A stretch of DNA of 64,000 bases from Bacillota bacterium (GCA_021324295.1 JAJPJJ010000086.1:19991-83990), one strand, 5' to 3'. Shown: positions 1 through 9,900, counted from the stretch's first letter. Made by a program: numbers and translations. The notes: generated from the letters alone by a model not told the origin.

Positions 1-261
1 CGGCGTTACCGTGCCGTGACGCGATCGTGACGGCCTCCCGACAGCCGCGTCGCACGATCGGGCCGGGAGCGCGGCGCGCCCCACCGTGGGGAGACGTCGA
101 GCGCAGTCGCGGAGGGAAGGGGACGCCGAGACGGTGGAGAAGCGATGGGACGCGCCCATTTAGGACCCGAGGCCCCGCCAGAGGAGGGCCCGGGGCCCCC
201 ACGAATTCGCATCGCCGGAGCCGATTCGTGGGGTGGGCGAGGCGGCGCGGAGGTCGCGGAG

Positions 262-1002
262 ATGGCAACGGCGGTGAGATCCGACCGGCCGGCCGGAGGC
301 CGCATCCTGGTCGTGGACGATGAACCGCACATCGTCGAGCTCGTGCGGTACAACCTGGCGCGCGAAGGGTTTGAGGTCTCCGTCGCCTACGACGGGCACG
401 AGGCGCTCCGCCAGGCCCGGGAGCAGGCGCCCGACTTGATCGTCCTGGATTTGATGCTCCCCTACGTCGACGGCCTCGAGGTCTGCCGCCACCTGCGACG
501 CGAGTCCGGCGTCCCGATCCTGGTGCTCACCGCCAAGGACAGTGAACAGGACCGGGTGCGAGGGCTCGAGCTCGGCGCGGACGACTACGTGACCAAGCCG
601 TTCAGCCCCCGCGAGCTCGTCGCCCGGATCCGCGCGATCCTGCGGCGCACCGTGCGGGACGGCGGACGGCCGCTCGAGGCGCCCGTGGCGGCCGGCGGGC
701 TCGTGCTCGATCCCGGGACGCACGAGGTGCGCCTGCGCGGGCGGCTGGTCGAGCTCACGGCAAAAGAGTTCGACCTGCTCCGGTTGCTGATGAGCCACCC
801 CAACCAGGTGTTCACCCGCGATTTTCTGCTCGAACACATCTGGGGGTACGAGTATTTCGGAAGCACGCGCACCGTGGACATGCACATCAGCCGACTGCGC
901 GAGAAGATCGAGGACGATCCCAACGCTCCGACGTATATCGTGACGGTGCGCGGGGTCGGCTACAAGTTCAAGAAGGACGCCGGCGCGCCGGGGGCCGCCT
1001 GA
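262..1002 (+). CDS. OmpR/PhoB-family response regulator (receiver + winged-helix output)
   Basis: Translation contains RILVVDDEPHIVELV, DLIVLDLMLPYVDGLEV and a C-terminal trans_reg_C-like segment (LTAKEFDLLRLLMSHPNQVFTRDFLL...VDMHISRLREKI...VRGVGYKF). An internal ATG at 262 follows a GGAGG-like stretch. The upstream part of the 145..1002 ORF is low-complexity. Confidence 0.93.
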   Translation: MATAVRSDRPAGGRILVVDDEPHIVELVRYNLAREGFEVSVAYDGHEALRQAREQAPDLIVLDLMLPYVDGLEVCRHLRRESGVPILVLTAKDSEQDRVRGLELGADDYVTKPFSPRELVARIRAILRRTVRDGGRPLEAPVAAGGLVLDPGTHEVRLRGRLVELTAKEFDLLRLLMSHPNQVFTRDFLLEHIWGYEYFGSTRTVDMHISRLREKIEDDPNAPTYIVTVRGVGYKFKKDAGAPGAA

Positions 1003-1034
1003 CGCGCGGCGCCCGGCGACCCCCGGCGACGGCG

Positions 1035-2951
1035 ATGAGGCGGAACCTGCGGTGGAAGCTCACCGGCAGCTACGTGCTGCTGGTCCTCTTCTGCCTCGCC
1101 GTCGCGGCCGCCTACCTCGTCCCCGCGATCACGCGGTTCTACCTCGCCGCCTACCAGCGGGACATCCTCAACCAGGCACAGGTCGTGGCCCGGATGCTGC
1201 AGCAGTACGAGCAGGAGGGCGCGGACCTCCGCCACCTCGATGAGCTCGCCAACGGTTTCTCGTGGCGGCGCGGGGTCTACATCGGCGTCCGCGACGGCTC
1301 GGGGCGCCCGCTGCCGGGCAGCCGCTGGGAGAGCGCCGCGGAGGAGACCGTGCCGCCGGAGGTCTCGGCCGCGCTGGCGGGACACCCGACGACGGCCGTG
1401 CGCTATGATCCGCCCCGGCGCGAGGACCGCCTCTTTGCCGCGGTACCCCTCCGCTCCGGGGGGGCCGTCGGCGGCGTGGTGCAGGTGAGCGTCCCCCGGG
1501 CCTGGGTCGACCGGGCCCTCCGCCCGGTGTGGATCGCCCTCGGCACGGCGCTCCTGCTCGGGCTGGCCGCGGCGCTCATCCTGGGCTCCTGGCGCGCGCG
1601 CCAGGTCGCGGCCCCGGTCCTCGAGCTGGCGCAGGTCGCCCGCGGCATCTCCGGGGGCGACCTCACCCGCCGCATCCGCGTGCGCGGGGAGGACGAGATC
1701 GGGCAGCTCGGCGGCGCGTTCAACGCGATGGCCGACGAGCTGCGCCGGAAGCTCGCCGCCGTGAGCGAGGAGCGCGGCAAGATCGAGGCGATCATCTCCA
1801 GCATGAACGACGCCGTCGTCGCCGCGGACGCGCGCGGCACGATCCTGCTGCTCAACCGCGCCTCCCGGGATCTCCTCGGCCTGCCGCCCGACGCGTGCGG
1901 GCGTCGCCTCCGCGAGGCGCTGGGCGATCATCCGCTGTGCCGGTGGATCGAGCACGTGTCCTCCCGGGGCGTCGACGTGGAAGAGGAACTGGCCCTCGCG
2001 CCGCCCGAGGAGCGGATCCTCGAGGTGCACGCGACCCCCCTGCGGGGCCCGGGGAGCGAGGCGGTGGGGGCCGTCGCGGTCGTGCGGGACGTCACCGAGC
2101 TGCGGCGGGCCGAGCGGCTGCGCCGGGAGCTGACGGCGAACGTCTCGCACGAGCTGCGGACGCCGCTCACCTCGATCAAGGGGTTCGCGGAGACGCTGCT
2201 GGCCGGGGCGATGGCCGACGCGGAGACCTGTCGGCGGTTTCTCGCCATCATCGACAGCGAGGCGTCCCGTCTCATGAAGCTGGTCGATGACCTCATGGAC
2301 CTCTCGCGGATGGAATCGCGGGCCGTGGCGATGGAGCCGGCCGCGGTGCGCCTGGACGAGCTCGTCGCAGAGGCGCTCGGCCGGATGCGCCCGCAGGCGG
2401 ACCGCCACCGCATCGCGCTCCGGTCCGCCGCGATCCCTCCCGCCGCCGTCTTCGTGGACCGCGACCGCATCCTCCAGGTGCTCACGAACCTGCTCGACAA
2501 CGCGATCAAGTTCACGCCGGAGGGCGGGACCGTCGAAGTCACGGCGGCGCTCGACGCGCACGAGGCGACGATCGCGGTCGCCGACTCGGGCCGCGGGATC
2601 CCGGAGGACGACCTGCCGCGCGTGTTCGACCGCTTCTACCGTGTAGACCGCTCGCGCAGCCGCGAGGCCGGCGGCACGGGACTCGGCCTCGCGATCGCGA
2701 AGCACATCGTCGAAGCTCACGGAGGGCGCATCGCCGCCCGCAGCCGGCCCGGGGCCGGGAGCACGTTCACGTTCACGCTTCCCCGCGCCGGCCGCCTGTC
2801 AGGGCACGCTCCGCCCCGGGACGCCGCGCCGCCCGCCATCCCCCCCGGGCCCGAGGGGTCCCCCGGCCCCGGGGCGCACGCCGCCGCCCGCGACTCTCCC
2901 GGCCGGCCTGCTCCCGCTAGCCCGCCGCGCCCGTCGGGCACCGGCGACTAG
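1035..2951 (+). CDS. Sensor histidine kinase (TM-HAMP-PAS-HisKA-HATPase) with a Pro-rich C-terminal tail
   Basis: N-terminal TM segment, a HAMP-like region (APVLELAQVARGISGGDLTRRI), H-box SHELRTPLTSIKGF, N-box LLDNAIKFTP and G-boxes DSGRGIP and GGTGLGLAIAKHIVEAHGG. It lies 33 nt downstream of the regulator. Confidence 0.93.
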   Translation: MRRNLRWKLTGSYVLLVLFCLAVAAAYLVPAITRFYLAAYQRDILNQAQVVARMLQQYEQEGADLRHLDELANGFSWRRGVYIGVRDGSGRPLPGSRWESAAEETVPPEVSAALAGHPTTAVRYDPPRREDRLFAAVPLRSGGAVGGVVQVSVPRAWVDRALRPVWIALGTALLLGLAAALILGSWRARQVAAPVLELAQVARGISGGDLTRRIRVRGEDEIGQLGGAFNAMADELRRKLAAVSEERGKIEAIISSMNDAVVAADARGTILLLNRASRDLLGLPPDACGRRLREALGDHPLCRWIEHVSSRGVDVEEELALAPPEERILEVHATPLRGPGSEAVGAVAVVRDVTELRRAERLRRELTANVSHELRTPLTSIKGFAETLLAGAMADAETCRRFLAIIDSEASRLMKLVDDLMDLSRMESRAVAMEPAAVRLDELVAEALGRMRPQADRHRIALRSAAIPPAAVFVDRDRILQVLTNLLDNAIKFTPEGGTVEVTAALDAHEATIAVADSGRGIPEDDLPRVFDRFYRVDRSRSREAGGTGLGLAIAKHIVEAHGGRIAARSRPGAGSTFTFTLPRAGRLSGHAPPRDAAPPAIPPGPEGSPGPGAHAAARDSPGRPAPASPPRPSGTGD

Positions 2952-3011
2952 TGCCGCGGCCGGTCCGTCTGTGTGCACCCCCCGTCAGATTCCGGAGATC
3001 ACGCGAGTCGG

Positions 3012-3308
3012 CTAGTCGAAGACGCGGCGGTCTTCGCCGGGCGAGACGTACTCGCGCTGCGCGACTACCTGGTAGACGCCCCGGGGCAACGTGATCGGCT
3101 CGTGCTCGTCGTGTACCACCCGGGACGGCTGCTCTAGCTTGAGGTACAGCTCGGTGTCCTGCCGCCAGATCTGCCCCTGGCCTTCGAGCCGGTGCGCGTG
3201 CCCCGTCCGCTCGCCGTAGGCCAGCACGGGGCTCACCTGCCGCTGCACACCCGCGGGCAACCGCCGCACCTCACGGATGACGATATCGCCCTGCCGGTAG
3301 AGCCTCAC
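3012..3308 (-). CDS. Small conserved-looking hypothetical protein with two His-rich motifs
   Basis: A GTG at 3308 is preceded by GGGAGGG. The 98-aa product is (V/M)RLYRQGDIVIREV...GERTGHAHRLEG...VVHDEHEPITLPRGVYQVVAQREY. The upstream part of the 184-aa track ORF is Arg/Cys-rich junk. Confidence 0.6.
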   Translation of the reverse strand: MRLYRQGDIVIREVRRLPAGVQRQVSPVLAYGERTGHAHRLEGQGQIWRQDTELYLKLEQPSRVVHDEHEPITLPRGVYQVVAQREYVSPGEDRRVFD

Positions 3309-3369
3309 GCTCGTTCCCTCCCCTCGCCGATCGGATCGCCGCCGCGCGCGGCGGCATCGCCTGCCATCG

Positions 3370-3831
3370 TCACGTCTCCACCGCCGGATGCCAGTCGGGC
3401 TCGTCGATCCCGAAGGTCCAGGCGACGGCCTCTCGGGCACGGCGCATCTGCGGGGGAACTCGCAGCAGGGCGGGTTGCCCCGTCGAGCGGTCCACCACGT
3501 AGACGAACGCCAGCCGCGCGCTGCGCGACGCGCGGCCATACACGTGCAGCAGCACTCCCGCCTCATCGCGGTGCACGACGCGCACGGAGCCGCCGTCGTG
3601 CATGAAGCGCGGGCACCCCGGACCGACGCCGTCGGGCTCGAAGAACAGGCGCATCGACGTGCGGCCCTGGGGCAGCTCCAGGGGGACGATGAAGCGATTG
3701 CCCTCCAGCCGCGCGCGCCCCGACGCCACCGTGCCCCCGTCGGCGCGCTCCGGCCGCGCGGCAGTCCACAGCGCGCAGACTAGCACCAACGCCGCGAGCG
3801 CCGCCACCGCCAGGAGCAGAGAGGCCATCAC
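3370..3831 (-). CDS. Membrane-anchored hypothetical protein
   Basis: N-terminal hydrophobic helix MMASLLLAVAALAALVLVCALW followed by a beta-rich soluble part. It is on the same strand as the 3012..3308 ORF and lies 62 nt upstream of it. Confidence 0.55.
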   Translation of the reverse strand: MMASLLLAVAALAALVLVCALWTAARPERADGGTVASGRARLEGNRFIVPLELPQGRTSMRLFFEPDGVGPGCPRFMHDGGSVRVVHRDEAGVLLHVYGRASRSARLAFVYVVDRSTGQPALLRVPPQMRRAREAVAWTFGIDEPDWHPAVET

Positions 3832-3958
3832 AGGATCCTGCCGACACCGGTGGTACGACTACACCAGTATTTTCCCCCGGTCGCCACGGAGCCCGCGCCC
3901 TTCCAGCGGACCCGCCGCGTCTGCCCCCCGGGCCGATGGGAGCTCCGCTCCAGGCGCG

Positions 3959-4672
3959 CTAGAGCTCACCGAGGTAGCTCTTCCGGACCAGGTCGTTCTC
4001 TCGCAGCCGCTCCGCCACGTCCGTCAGGACGACCCGCCCGGTCTCGAGCACGTATCCCCGCCGCGCCACCCCGAGGGCCATCAGCGCGTTCTGCTCCACG
4101 AGCAGGATCGTGACGCCCTGGGCGTTGATCTCCTGGATCGTCCGGAAGATCAGCTCGACGAGCACGGGCGCGAGCCCCATCGAGGGCTCGTCGAGGAGGA
4201 GGATCCGTGGCCGGGACATCAGCGCCCGGCCGATGGCGAGCATCTGCTGCTCCCCGCCGCTCAGCGTGCCGGCGGTCTGGCCCAGGCGCTCCCCCAGCCG
4301 GGGGAAGAGCCGGCACACGCGGTCCAGGTCGTCCTGGATCTCCCGCCGGCCGCCGCGGGCGAAGGCGCCCATCTCGAGGTTCTCCAGGACGGTCATCCGT
4401 GGGAAGATGCGCCGCCCTTCCGGGACGAGACACACGCCGCGCCGGGTGATCTCGTGCGGCGGCAGGCCGGCGATCGGCTTCCCCTCCAGCAGGATCCGGC
4501 CGGGGCGCGGCCGCAGGAACCCGGCGATCGTCTTGAGCGTCGTGCTCTTGCCCGCGCCGTTCGCCCCGATCAGCGTGACGATCTCCCCGGGCTGCACCGT
4601 GATCGACACGCCGTGGAGGGCGTGGATGTGCCCGTAGAACGCGTGCACGCCGTCGACGACGAGGCTCGTCAT
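3959..4672 (-). CDS. livF: Branched-chain amino acid ABC transporter ATP-binding protein (LivF-type)
   Basis: Walker A GANGAGKST, signature LSGGEQQMLAIGRAL and Walker B ILLLDEPSMGL. It is the last gene of a five-gene liv-like operon. Confidence 0.93.
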   Translation of the reverse strand: MTSLVVDGVHAFYGHIHALHGVSITVQPGEIVTLIGANGAGKSTTLKTIAGFLRPRPGRILLEGKPIAGLPPHEITRRGVCLVPEGRRIFPRMTVLENLEMGAFARGGRREIQDDLDRVCRLFPRLGERLGQTAGTLSGGEQQMLAIGRALMSRPRILLLDEPSMGLAPVLVELIFRTIQEINAQGVTILLVEQNALMALGVARRGYVLETGRVVLTDVAERLRENDLVRKSYLGEL

Positions 4673-4678
4673 GGGGGC

Positions 4679-5527
4679 CTAGGCGAGCGCCGCCTTCCCG
4701 AGGTACGCCTCGATCACCCGCGGGTCGCGCCGGATCTCGTCGGGGCTACCCTCGGCGATCTTCTCGCCGTGGTCCAGCACGGTCACCCGATCGGCCACGC
4801 CCATCACGACGCGCATCTGGTGCTCGATCAGCAGCACGGTCAATCGCAGGTCGCGCCGGAGGCGGCGGATGAACTCCATCAGGCGGCGGGCCTCTTCAGG
4901 GTTCATCCCGGCGGCCGGCTCGTCCAGGAGCAGCAAGCGTGGGCGCAGCGCGAGGGCGCGGGCGATCTCGAGCCGCCGTTGATCGCCGTAGGCGAGGTTC
5001 TTGGCCATCTCGTCCTCGCGGCCCCGCAGCCCCACGAACGCCAGAAGCTCGCGCGCATCCCGGTGCGCGGCGCTCTCCTCCGCGGTGACGGCGGGGGAGG
5101 CCAGGACGATCCGCAGGGGGTCCGCGCTCAGATGGGTGTGCATGCCGATGAGCACGTTCTCGAGCGCCGTCATGTTGGCGAAGACCCGGATGCTCTGGAA
5201 CGTGCGGGCGATGCCGAGCCTCGCGATCTCGTGCGCCCGGCGCCCGGTGATGTCCTGGCCGGCGAAGGCGACGGTGCCGGCATCGGGGCGGTAGAGGCCG
5301 GCGATGAGGTTGAAGAACGTGGTCTTGCCGGCCCCGTTGGGCCCGATCAGGCTGACGATCCTCTCCGCGGGGACCGTGAAGTCGACGCGGCTTACCGCGA
5401 CGAGCCCGCCGAACCGCTTCGTGATGCCCCGCGCCTCGAGCAGCGGCGCCCCCGCCGGCACGGAGGCGGCCGGCGGCCCTCCCGCGGGGGTGGGGCCCGT
5501 GCGTGGGTGGGAGGACATCTCCCTCAC
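4679..5527 (-). CDS. livG: Branched-chain amino acid ABC transporter ATP-binding protein (LivG-type)
   Basis: Walker A GPNGAGKTT, YGDQRRLEIARALA and LLLLDEPAAGMN. The start is either GTG 5527 (overlaps the livM stop) or ATG 5518. Confidence 0.92.
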   Translation of the reverse strand: MREMSSHPRTGPTPAGGPPAASVPAGAPLLEARGITKRFGGLVAVSRVDFTVPAERIVSLIGPNGAGKTTFFNLIAGLYRPDAGTVAFAGQDITGRRAHEIARLGIARTFQSIRVFANMTALENVLIGMHTHLSADPLRIVLASPAVTAEESAAHRDARELLAFVGLRGREDEMAKNLAYGDQRRLEIARALALRPRLLLLDEPAAGMNPEEARRLMEFIRRLRRDLRLTVLLIEHQMRVVMGVADRVTVLDHGEKIAEGSPDEIRRDPRVIEAYLGKAALA

Positions 5528-6717
5528 TCCTCCCTCGCGTACTCGCGGGGCGGGGTCCCCTCAGCCGCCGGCGCGCTCCCCGCGACCCCGGCCACCTCGG
5601 TGACGTCGCCCGGCGGGATCTCCTCCGACACCCGCTCCGTGATGATCGCCTTGATCCGCCGCTCGGGGAACAACCCCTCCGGCCGCAGCAGCATGAGGGC
5701 GATGAGGCCGAGGCCGTACAGCAGAAACTTGAGGTTCACGAAGTTGAGCCGGGTGAGGAGCGGGAGATGCAGCGCCGCCCCGAGGCTGTGAGACCACTGG
5801 GTCAGGTCCGTGAGGAACAGCGTCTGGAACTCGTACAGGATCCCGGCGCCGGCGATCACGCCGAAGACGCTCCCCATGCCACCGAGGACGACCATCGCGA
5901 GGATCGTGAACGAGACCGTGAAGTTGAACTGGTCGGGGCTGACGATGCCGAGCTTCGCCACGTAGAGCGCGCCGGCGAACCCGGAGAAGAACGCGCCGAA
6001 CGAGAACGCCAGCAGCTTCGTGGTGGTTAGGTTGATCCCCATCGAGGCGGCCGCGATCTCGTCCTCGCGCACGGCGAGCCACGCCCGGCCGAGCCGGGAG
6101 TCGCGCAGGCGCAGGACCGCCACCACCGAGAGCATGATGATCCCCAGGAGGGTGTAGTAGTACGGCACCGGGTTGAACCCGAAGTGGTACCCGAAGAGCA
6201 CGGGCTGATCGATCCCCACGATCCCGTTCGTCCCGCCGGTGTACTTCTGGAGGTTCAGGAACACCGTCGGCACGATCTCGCCGAACCCCAGCGTGACGAT
6301 CGCCAGGTAGTCGCCTCGGAGGCGCAGCGTCGGCGCGCCCAAAAGCGCCCCGAAGACCCCCGCGATGATCGCGGCGACGAGCAGCATCGGCCAGAACGGC
6401 AGGTGGAGCCCGTAGAACGGCGATGCCGCGAACGCGTAGGTATACGAGCCGATCGCGAAGAACGCCGCGTACCCGAGGTCGAGCAGCCCCGCGAACCCGA
6501 CGACGATGTTCAGCCCGAGGGCGAGCAGCACGTAGACCGCCGCGTCCGCCGCGGCGTTGACGTGCCCGGCGTTGTGATCGACCAGCGGGTAGAGCAGAAA
6601 CAGGAGGAGGACGAGGAGCGGGGACCGGTACGGTGCGATGCGCTGGACGACCCGCCCCCCCAGGCGCGCCCGCGACGGGGCCCCGGCGATGCTCCGCAGG
6701 GCGCGCCAGGCCGCCAT
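5524..6717 (-). CDS. livM: Branched-chain amino acid ABC transporter permease (LivM-type)
   Basis: Polytopic membrane protein with the typical LivM segments GLLDLGYAAFFAIGSY and RLRGDYLAIVTLGFGEI. Confidence 0.92.
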   Translation of the reverse strand: MAAWRALRSIAGAPSRARLGGRVVQRIAPYRSPLLVLLLFLLYPLVDHNAGHVNAAADAAVYVLLALGLNIVVGFAGLLDLGYAAFFAIGSYTYAFAASPFYGLHLPFWPMLLVAAIIAGVFGALLGAPTLRLRGDYLAIVTLGFGEIVPTVFLNLQKYTGGTNGIVGIDQPVLFGYHFGFNPVPYYYTLLGIIMLSVVAVLRLRDSRLGRAWLAVREDEIAAASMGINLTTTKLLAFSFGAFFSGFAGALYVAKLGIVSPDQFNFTVSFTILAMVVLGGMGSVFGVIAGAGILYEFQTLFLTDLTQWSHSLGAALHLPLLTRLNFVNLKFLLYGLGLIALMLLRPEGLFPERRIKAIITERVSEEIPPGDVTEVAGVAGSAPAAEGTPPREYAREE

Positions 6718-6723
6718 CGGCCG

Positions 6724-7641
6724 CTACGTGCGCTCCGGAAGCTGCTGCCCGAGGAGCCCCGTCGGCCGGAAGATCAGCACCAGGATCAACACGGAGAACA
6801 CCGCCACCGTCGCCCACTGAAACCCGACGTACTGGGCGGTCATCACCTCGATGAACCCGATGAGGAACCCCCCGAGCGCCGCACCGGTCGTGTTGCCGAT
6901 GCCGCCGAGCACCGCCGCCGTAAAGGCGATCAGCCCGGCCCGGAACCCGTTGATGAACCAGATGTTGCCGTAGAACAGGCCCGTGATGACCCCGGCGGCC
7001 CCCGCGAGCACCGACCCGACGAAGAACGTGAGCGCGATCGTCTTGTTGATGTCGATGCCCATGATCTCCGCGGCCATCCAGTCCTGGGCGGTCGCCCGCA
7101 TCGCCTTGCCGAGCCTGGTCCGATGGACGAAGAGCTGCAGCGCCGCCATCATCACGAGCGAGGAGCCGATCACGACGAGCTGCATCTGCCCCACGGTGAG
7201 GGGCCCGAGCGAGAAGAACGGGTTCGGCACGATCTGGGGGAACGGCACCGGTGAAGGACCCATCCAGAGCTGGAGGAGGTTCTCGATGCTGAACGAGACG
7301 CCGATCGCGGTCAACAGAGGCGCCAGGCGCTGCTTGCCGCGCAGCGGCCGGTAGGCGAACCGCTCGATCACGATCCCGGTCGCGCCCATGACGAGCATCG
7401 TCACCGCGAACGTGACGGCGAGCGCGAACGCGAGCGCCGCCGCCGCCATGTGACCGCTCGCGCCGAGGAGCACCAACGTCGCCAGCGCCACGAACGAGCC
7501 GGCGGTGTACACGTCGCCGTGGGCGAAGTTGATCAGCTCGATGATCCCGTACACCATCGTGTAGCCGAGGGCGATCACGGCGTAGATCGCCCCCAGCGAT
7601 ACGCCGTTGATGAGCTGCTGGCCGAAGAGCACCCAGTTCAT
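6724..7641 (-). CDS. livH: Branched-chain amino acid ABC transporter permease (LivH-type)
   Basis: N-terminus QQLINGVSLGAIYAVIALGYTMVYGIIELINFAHGD is a classic LivH N-terminus. Confidence 0.93.
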   Translation of the reverse strand: MNWVLFGQQLINGVSLGAIYAVIALGYTMVYGIIELINFAHGDVYTAGSFVALATLVLLGASGHMAAAALAFALAVTFAVTMLVMGATGIVIERFAYRPLRGKQRLAPLLTAIGVSFSIENLLQLWMGPSPVPFPQIVPNPFFSLGPLTVGQMQLVVIGSSLVMMAALQLFVHRTRLGKAMRATAQDWMAAEIMGIDINKTIALTFFVGSVLAGAAGVITGLFYGNIWFINGFRAGLIAFTAAVLGGIGNTTGAALGGFLIGFIEVMTAQYVGFQWATVAVFSVLILVLIFRPTGLLGQQLPERT

Positions 7642-7714
7642 CGGCGCACGGACAGGGGGCGGCCAGGCGGACCGCCTGCCGCCCCCTGTCCCCTCTGGCT
7701 GCCGGGCGTCCCCG

Positions 7715-8941
7715 CTACAGCTCGAAGCTCCGCTGGGTCAGCCACTCCCACTTGTGGTTCTTCACCTGGTAGACGCTGATGACCTTGTTCGTCGTGTCGC
7801 CGTTCTTGTCGAACGAGAACGTCCCGATGATGCTCTTGTAGTTCTTGAGGTTCGCCACCCACGCGCGGACCTTCGCGCGGTCGGGGCCCACGGCGCGGAC
7901 CGCGTCGATGATGATCTTCGCGGCGACGTAGGCGTTCGCGCTGTACGCGCCGGGGTCCTGATTGTACTTGGCCTTATACGCCTTGATGAAGCCCTGCGCC
8001 GCGGGCAGCTTCTCCGCGTTCACGGAGGCCACCGTCCCATACGAGCCCTCCGCCGCATCGCCGGCGACCTTGAGGAACTCGTCCTCGACGATGCCGTCCC
8101 CGCCCTCGTAGGGGATCTTCAGGCCGACATCCGGCATCTGCTTGCGGATCAACCCGCCGCCCGTGGTGGTGACCCCGCCGAAGAAGAGGAGGTCCGGGTT
8201 CTCGGACTTGATCTTGGTCAGGATCGCGTGGAAGTCCTGGGTGCCCTTGGGGATCCCGTCGTGACTGAGCACCGTCCCGCCGCGCTTCTTGAACTGCTTC
8301 TCGAACTCGTCCGCGATGCCCTTACCGTACGTCTCCTGGTCGTCGAGGATCGCGACCTTCCGCGCCCGGAGGTTCTGATAGGCGAAGTCGGCCGCGACCG
8401 GGCCCTGGAGGTCGTCGGTCGGGCAGACCCGGAAGTAGTTGATCTGATCGGGGTGCGCCTTGCGCACGTCCAGCGCGCCGAACTCGGGCTTGGTCAGTCC
8501 CGGGTTCGTCTGCGAGGGGCTGATCTGGACGATGCCGGCCGCGTTCGTGATCGGGATCGTCGCCTTGCCGACGTTGCTGTTGAAGTTGCCGACGATCCCG
8601 ACGACCGCCCGGTCCGCGATCAGCTCCTGGACGTTCTTGGCGCCCTGCGCCGGGTCGTGCACCCCGTTGACCGCGTCGTCCTTCAGCTCCTCCTGGAACG
8701 TGTACGGCCCGCCGGCTTTGTTGGCCTCGTCGATCGCCAGCAGCACGCCGTTGTTGGTCGGCACGCCGTTGGGCGCCTCCCCGCCCGACATCGGGAGGTC
8801 CACGCCGATCTTCACGACCGTGGCCGCGCTGACCGCAGGCACCCCCCCGGTCCCCGGAACCAGCAGCACCAGTCCCAGGACCGCCAGGATGCTCGCGAGG
8901 GCAACTGCTCGTCTCACTGTCGATCCTCCCCCTTTCGTCAT
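7715..8941 (-). CDS. Branched-chain amino acid ABC transporter substrate-binding protein (LivK/LivJ-type)
   Basis: Signal-like N-terminus RRAVALASILAVLGLVLLV followed by a type-I periplasmic binding fold sequence (KIGVDLPMSGG...IVGNFNSNV). The start is ATG 8941 or, better supported by GGGGGAGGA, GTG 8917. The track ORF extends to 9196, but that extension is low-complexity. Confidence 0.9.
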   Translation of the reverse strand: MTKGGGSTVRRAVALASILAVLGLVLLVPGTGGVPAVSAATVVKIGVDLPMSGGEAPNGVPTNNGVLLAIDEANKAGGPYTFQEELKDDAVNGVHDPAQGAKNVQELIADRAVVGIVGNFNSNVGKATIPITNAAGIVQISPSQTNPGLTKPEFGALDVRKAHPDQINYFRVCPTDDLQGPVAADFAYQNLRARKVAILDDQETYGKGIADEFEKQFKKRGGTVLSHDGIPKGTQDFHAILTKIKSENPDLLFFGGVTTTGGGLIRKQMPDVGLKIPYEGGDGIVEDEFLKVAGDAAEGSYGTVASVNAEKLPAAQGFIKAYKAKYNQDPGAYSANAYVAAKIIIDAVRAVGPDRAKVRAWVANLKNYKSIIGTFSFDKNGDTTNKVISVYQVKNHKWEWLTQRSFEL

Positions 8942-9078
8942 CGGTGCCGGTGTTCTACCGTCTCGCGCTTCTCCCGTGCGCGCCTCTCGCCGCCCGGCCG
9001 GGGTCGGACGACCCCCGCCGGGTGGGGCGCCACGCATGGTTACGTTCGTCCCGGGCGCGAGGTTCCCTCCGGCTGCGG

Positions 9079-9900
9079 TCACCGCGCCGCTGGCCCGTCC
9101 CCGTCCCGGACCCGCCGCTCGCGCAGCACACTGGCCAGGACGAAGACCACGTTGGCCGGGCGCTCCGCGAGCCGGCGCATCAGGTACGGGTACCACTCCT
9201 CGCCGAACGGGACGTAGACCCGCACGCGGTAGCCCCGGCGGAGCAGATGGATCTGGAGATCACGCCGGATCCCGTAGAGCATCTGGAACTCGAACCGGTC
9301 CGGGCCGATCCCGTGACGGTCGGCGGTCCGGATCGCATGGGCGATCAGGCGTTCGTCATGGGTGGCGATCGCCGGGTACACGCCGCCCAGGAGCAGCCGC
9401 TCGGCAAGCCGGGCGTAGCTCCGGTCGACGTCGCGCTTGCGCGGAAAGGCGACCGACGCCGGTTCGGCGTAGGCGCCCTTGACGAGACGGACGCGGGCGC
9501 CGAGCTGGATCAGGCGCTCCACGTCCGCCGCGCTGCGGCGGAGGTAGGACTGGATCACGACGCCGACGTTCCGGTAGCCCTCTCCCCACAGGTCCTCGAA
9601 CAGGCGCAGCGTCCGATCGGTGTAGCGGGAGCTCTCCATGTCGATGCGGACGAACGTGTCGCCCGCCCGCTCGAGGATGCGCCGGAGGATCGCCCGGCAG
9701 AGCGCGTCGTCGATGTCGAGGCCGAGCTGCGTCAACTTGAGGGAAAGGTGACTCAGCAGCCGGTGTTCGCGGATCGCGTCCAGGATGCGGATGTACGCCT
9801 GGCCGCTCGCCTCGGCCAGCGCCGCCGATGTGACGCCCTCGCCGAGGAAGTCCAGCGTCGCCGCAAGGCCCGCGGCGTTGAGCCGCCGGACCGCCTCCAC
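9079..9900 (-). CDS. Proline dehydrogenase (start uncertain; conserved N-terminus continues upstream to about 10023)
   Basis: ProDH-family sequence (LDFLGEGV, SLKLTQLG, VRLVKGAY, ATHDE, FQMLYGIR, YVPFGEEWYPYLMRRLAERPAN). The first canonical start is GTG 9900. The same frame stays open upstream and encodes LLRAVFLALSRSSRLRRAAGGAPLLRRAARRFVAGERLGDA. Confidence 0.88.
   Translation of the reverse strand: MEAVRRLNAAGLAATLDFLGEGVTSAALAEASGQAYIRILDAIREHRLLSHLSLKLTQLGLDIDDALCRAILRRILERAGDTFVRIDMESSRYTDRTLRLFEDLWGEGYRNVGVVIQSYLRRSAADVERLIQLGARVRLVKGAYAEPASVAFPRKRDVDRSYARLAERLLLGGVYPAIATHDERLIAHAIRTADRHGIGPDRFEFQMLYGIRRDLQIHLLRRGYRVRVYVPFGEEWYPYLMRRLAERPANVVFVLASVLRERRVRDGDGPAAR

Noticed and set aside
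5511-5529. The 14-mer GACATCTCCCTCAC recurs at 21081-21094. It was considered as a possible repeat element.
   Set aside because: Both copies are just RBS/start contexts (GTGAGGGAGATG on the coding strand). One 14-mer match is expected by chance in 64 kb of biased composition.
3602-5791. 729-aa plus-strand ORF. Similar giants occur at 19664-21868 (+), 21877-23871 (-), 27446-29545 (-), 57557-59695 (+), 59656-61575 (+), 48014-50203 (+), 32643-35138 (+) and elsewhere.
   Set aside because: Each lies antisense or out of frame to a gene with clear family signatures (liv, FAD oxidase, ABC SBPs, secA and others). Each translates to Arg/Gly/Pro/Ala/Asp-rich low-complexity sequence. These are typical stop-poor shadow ORFs of very GC-rich DNA.
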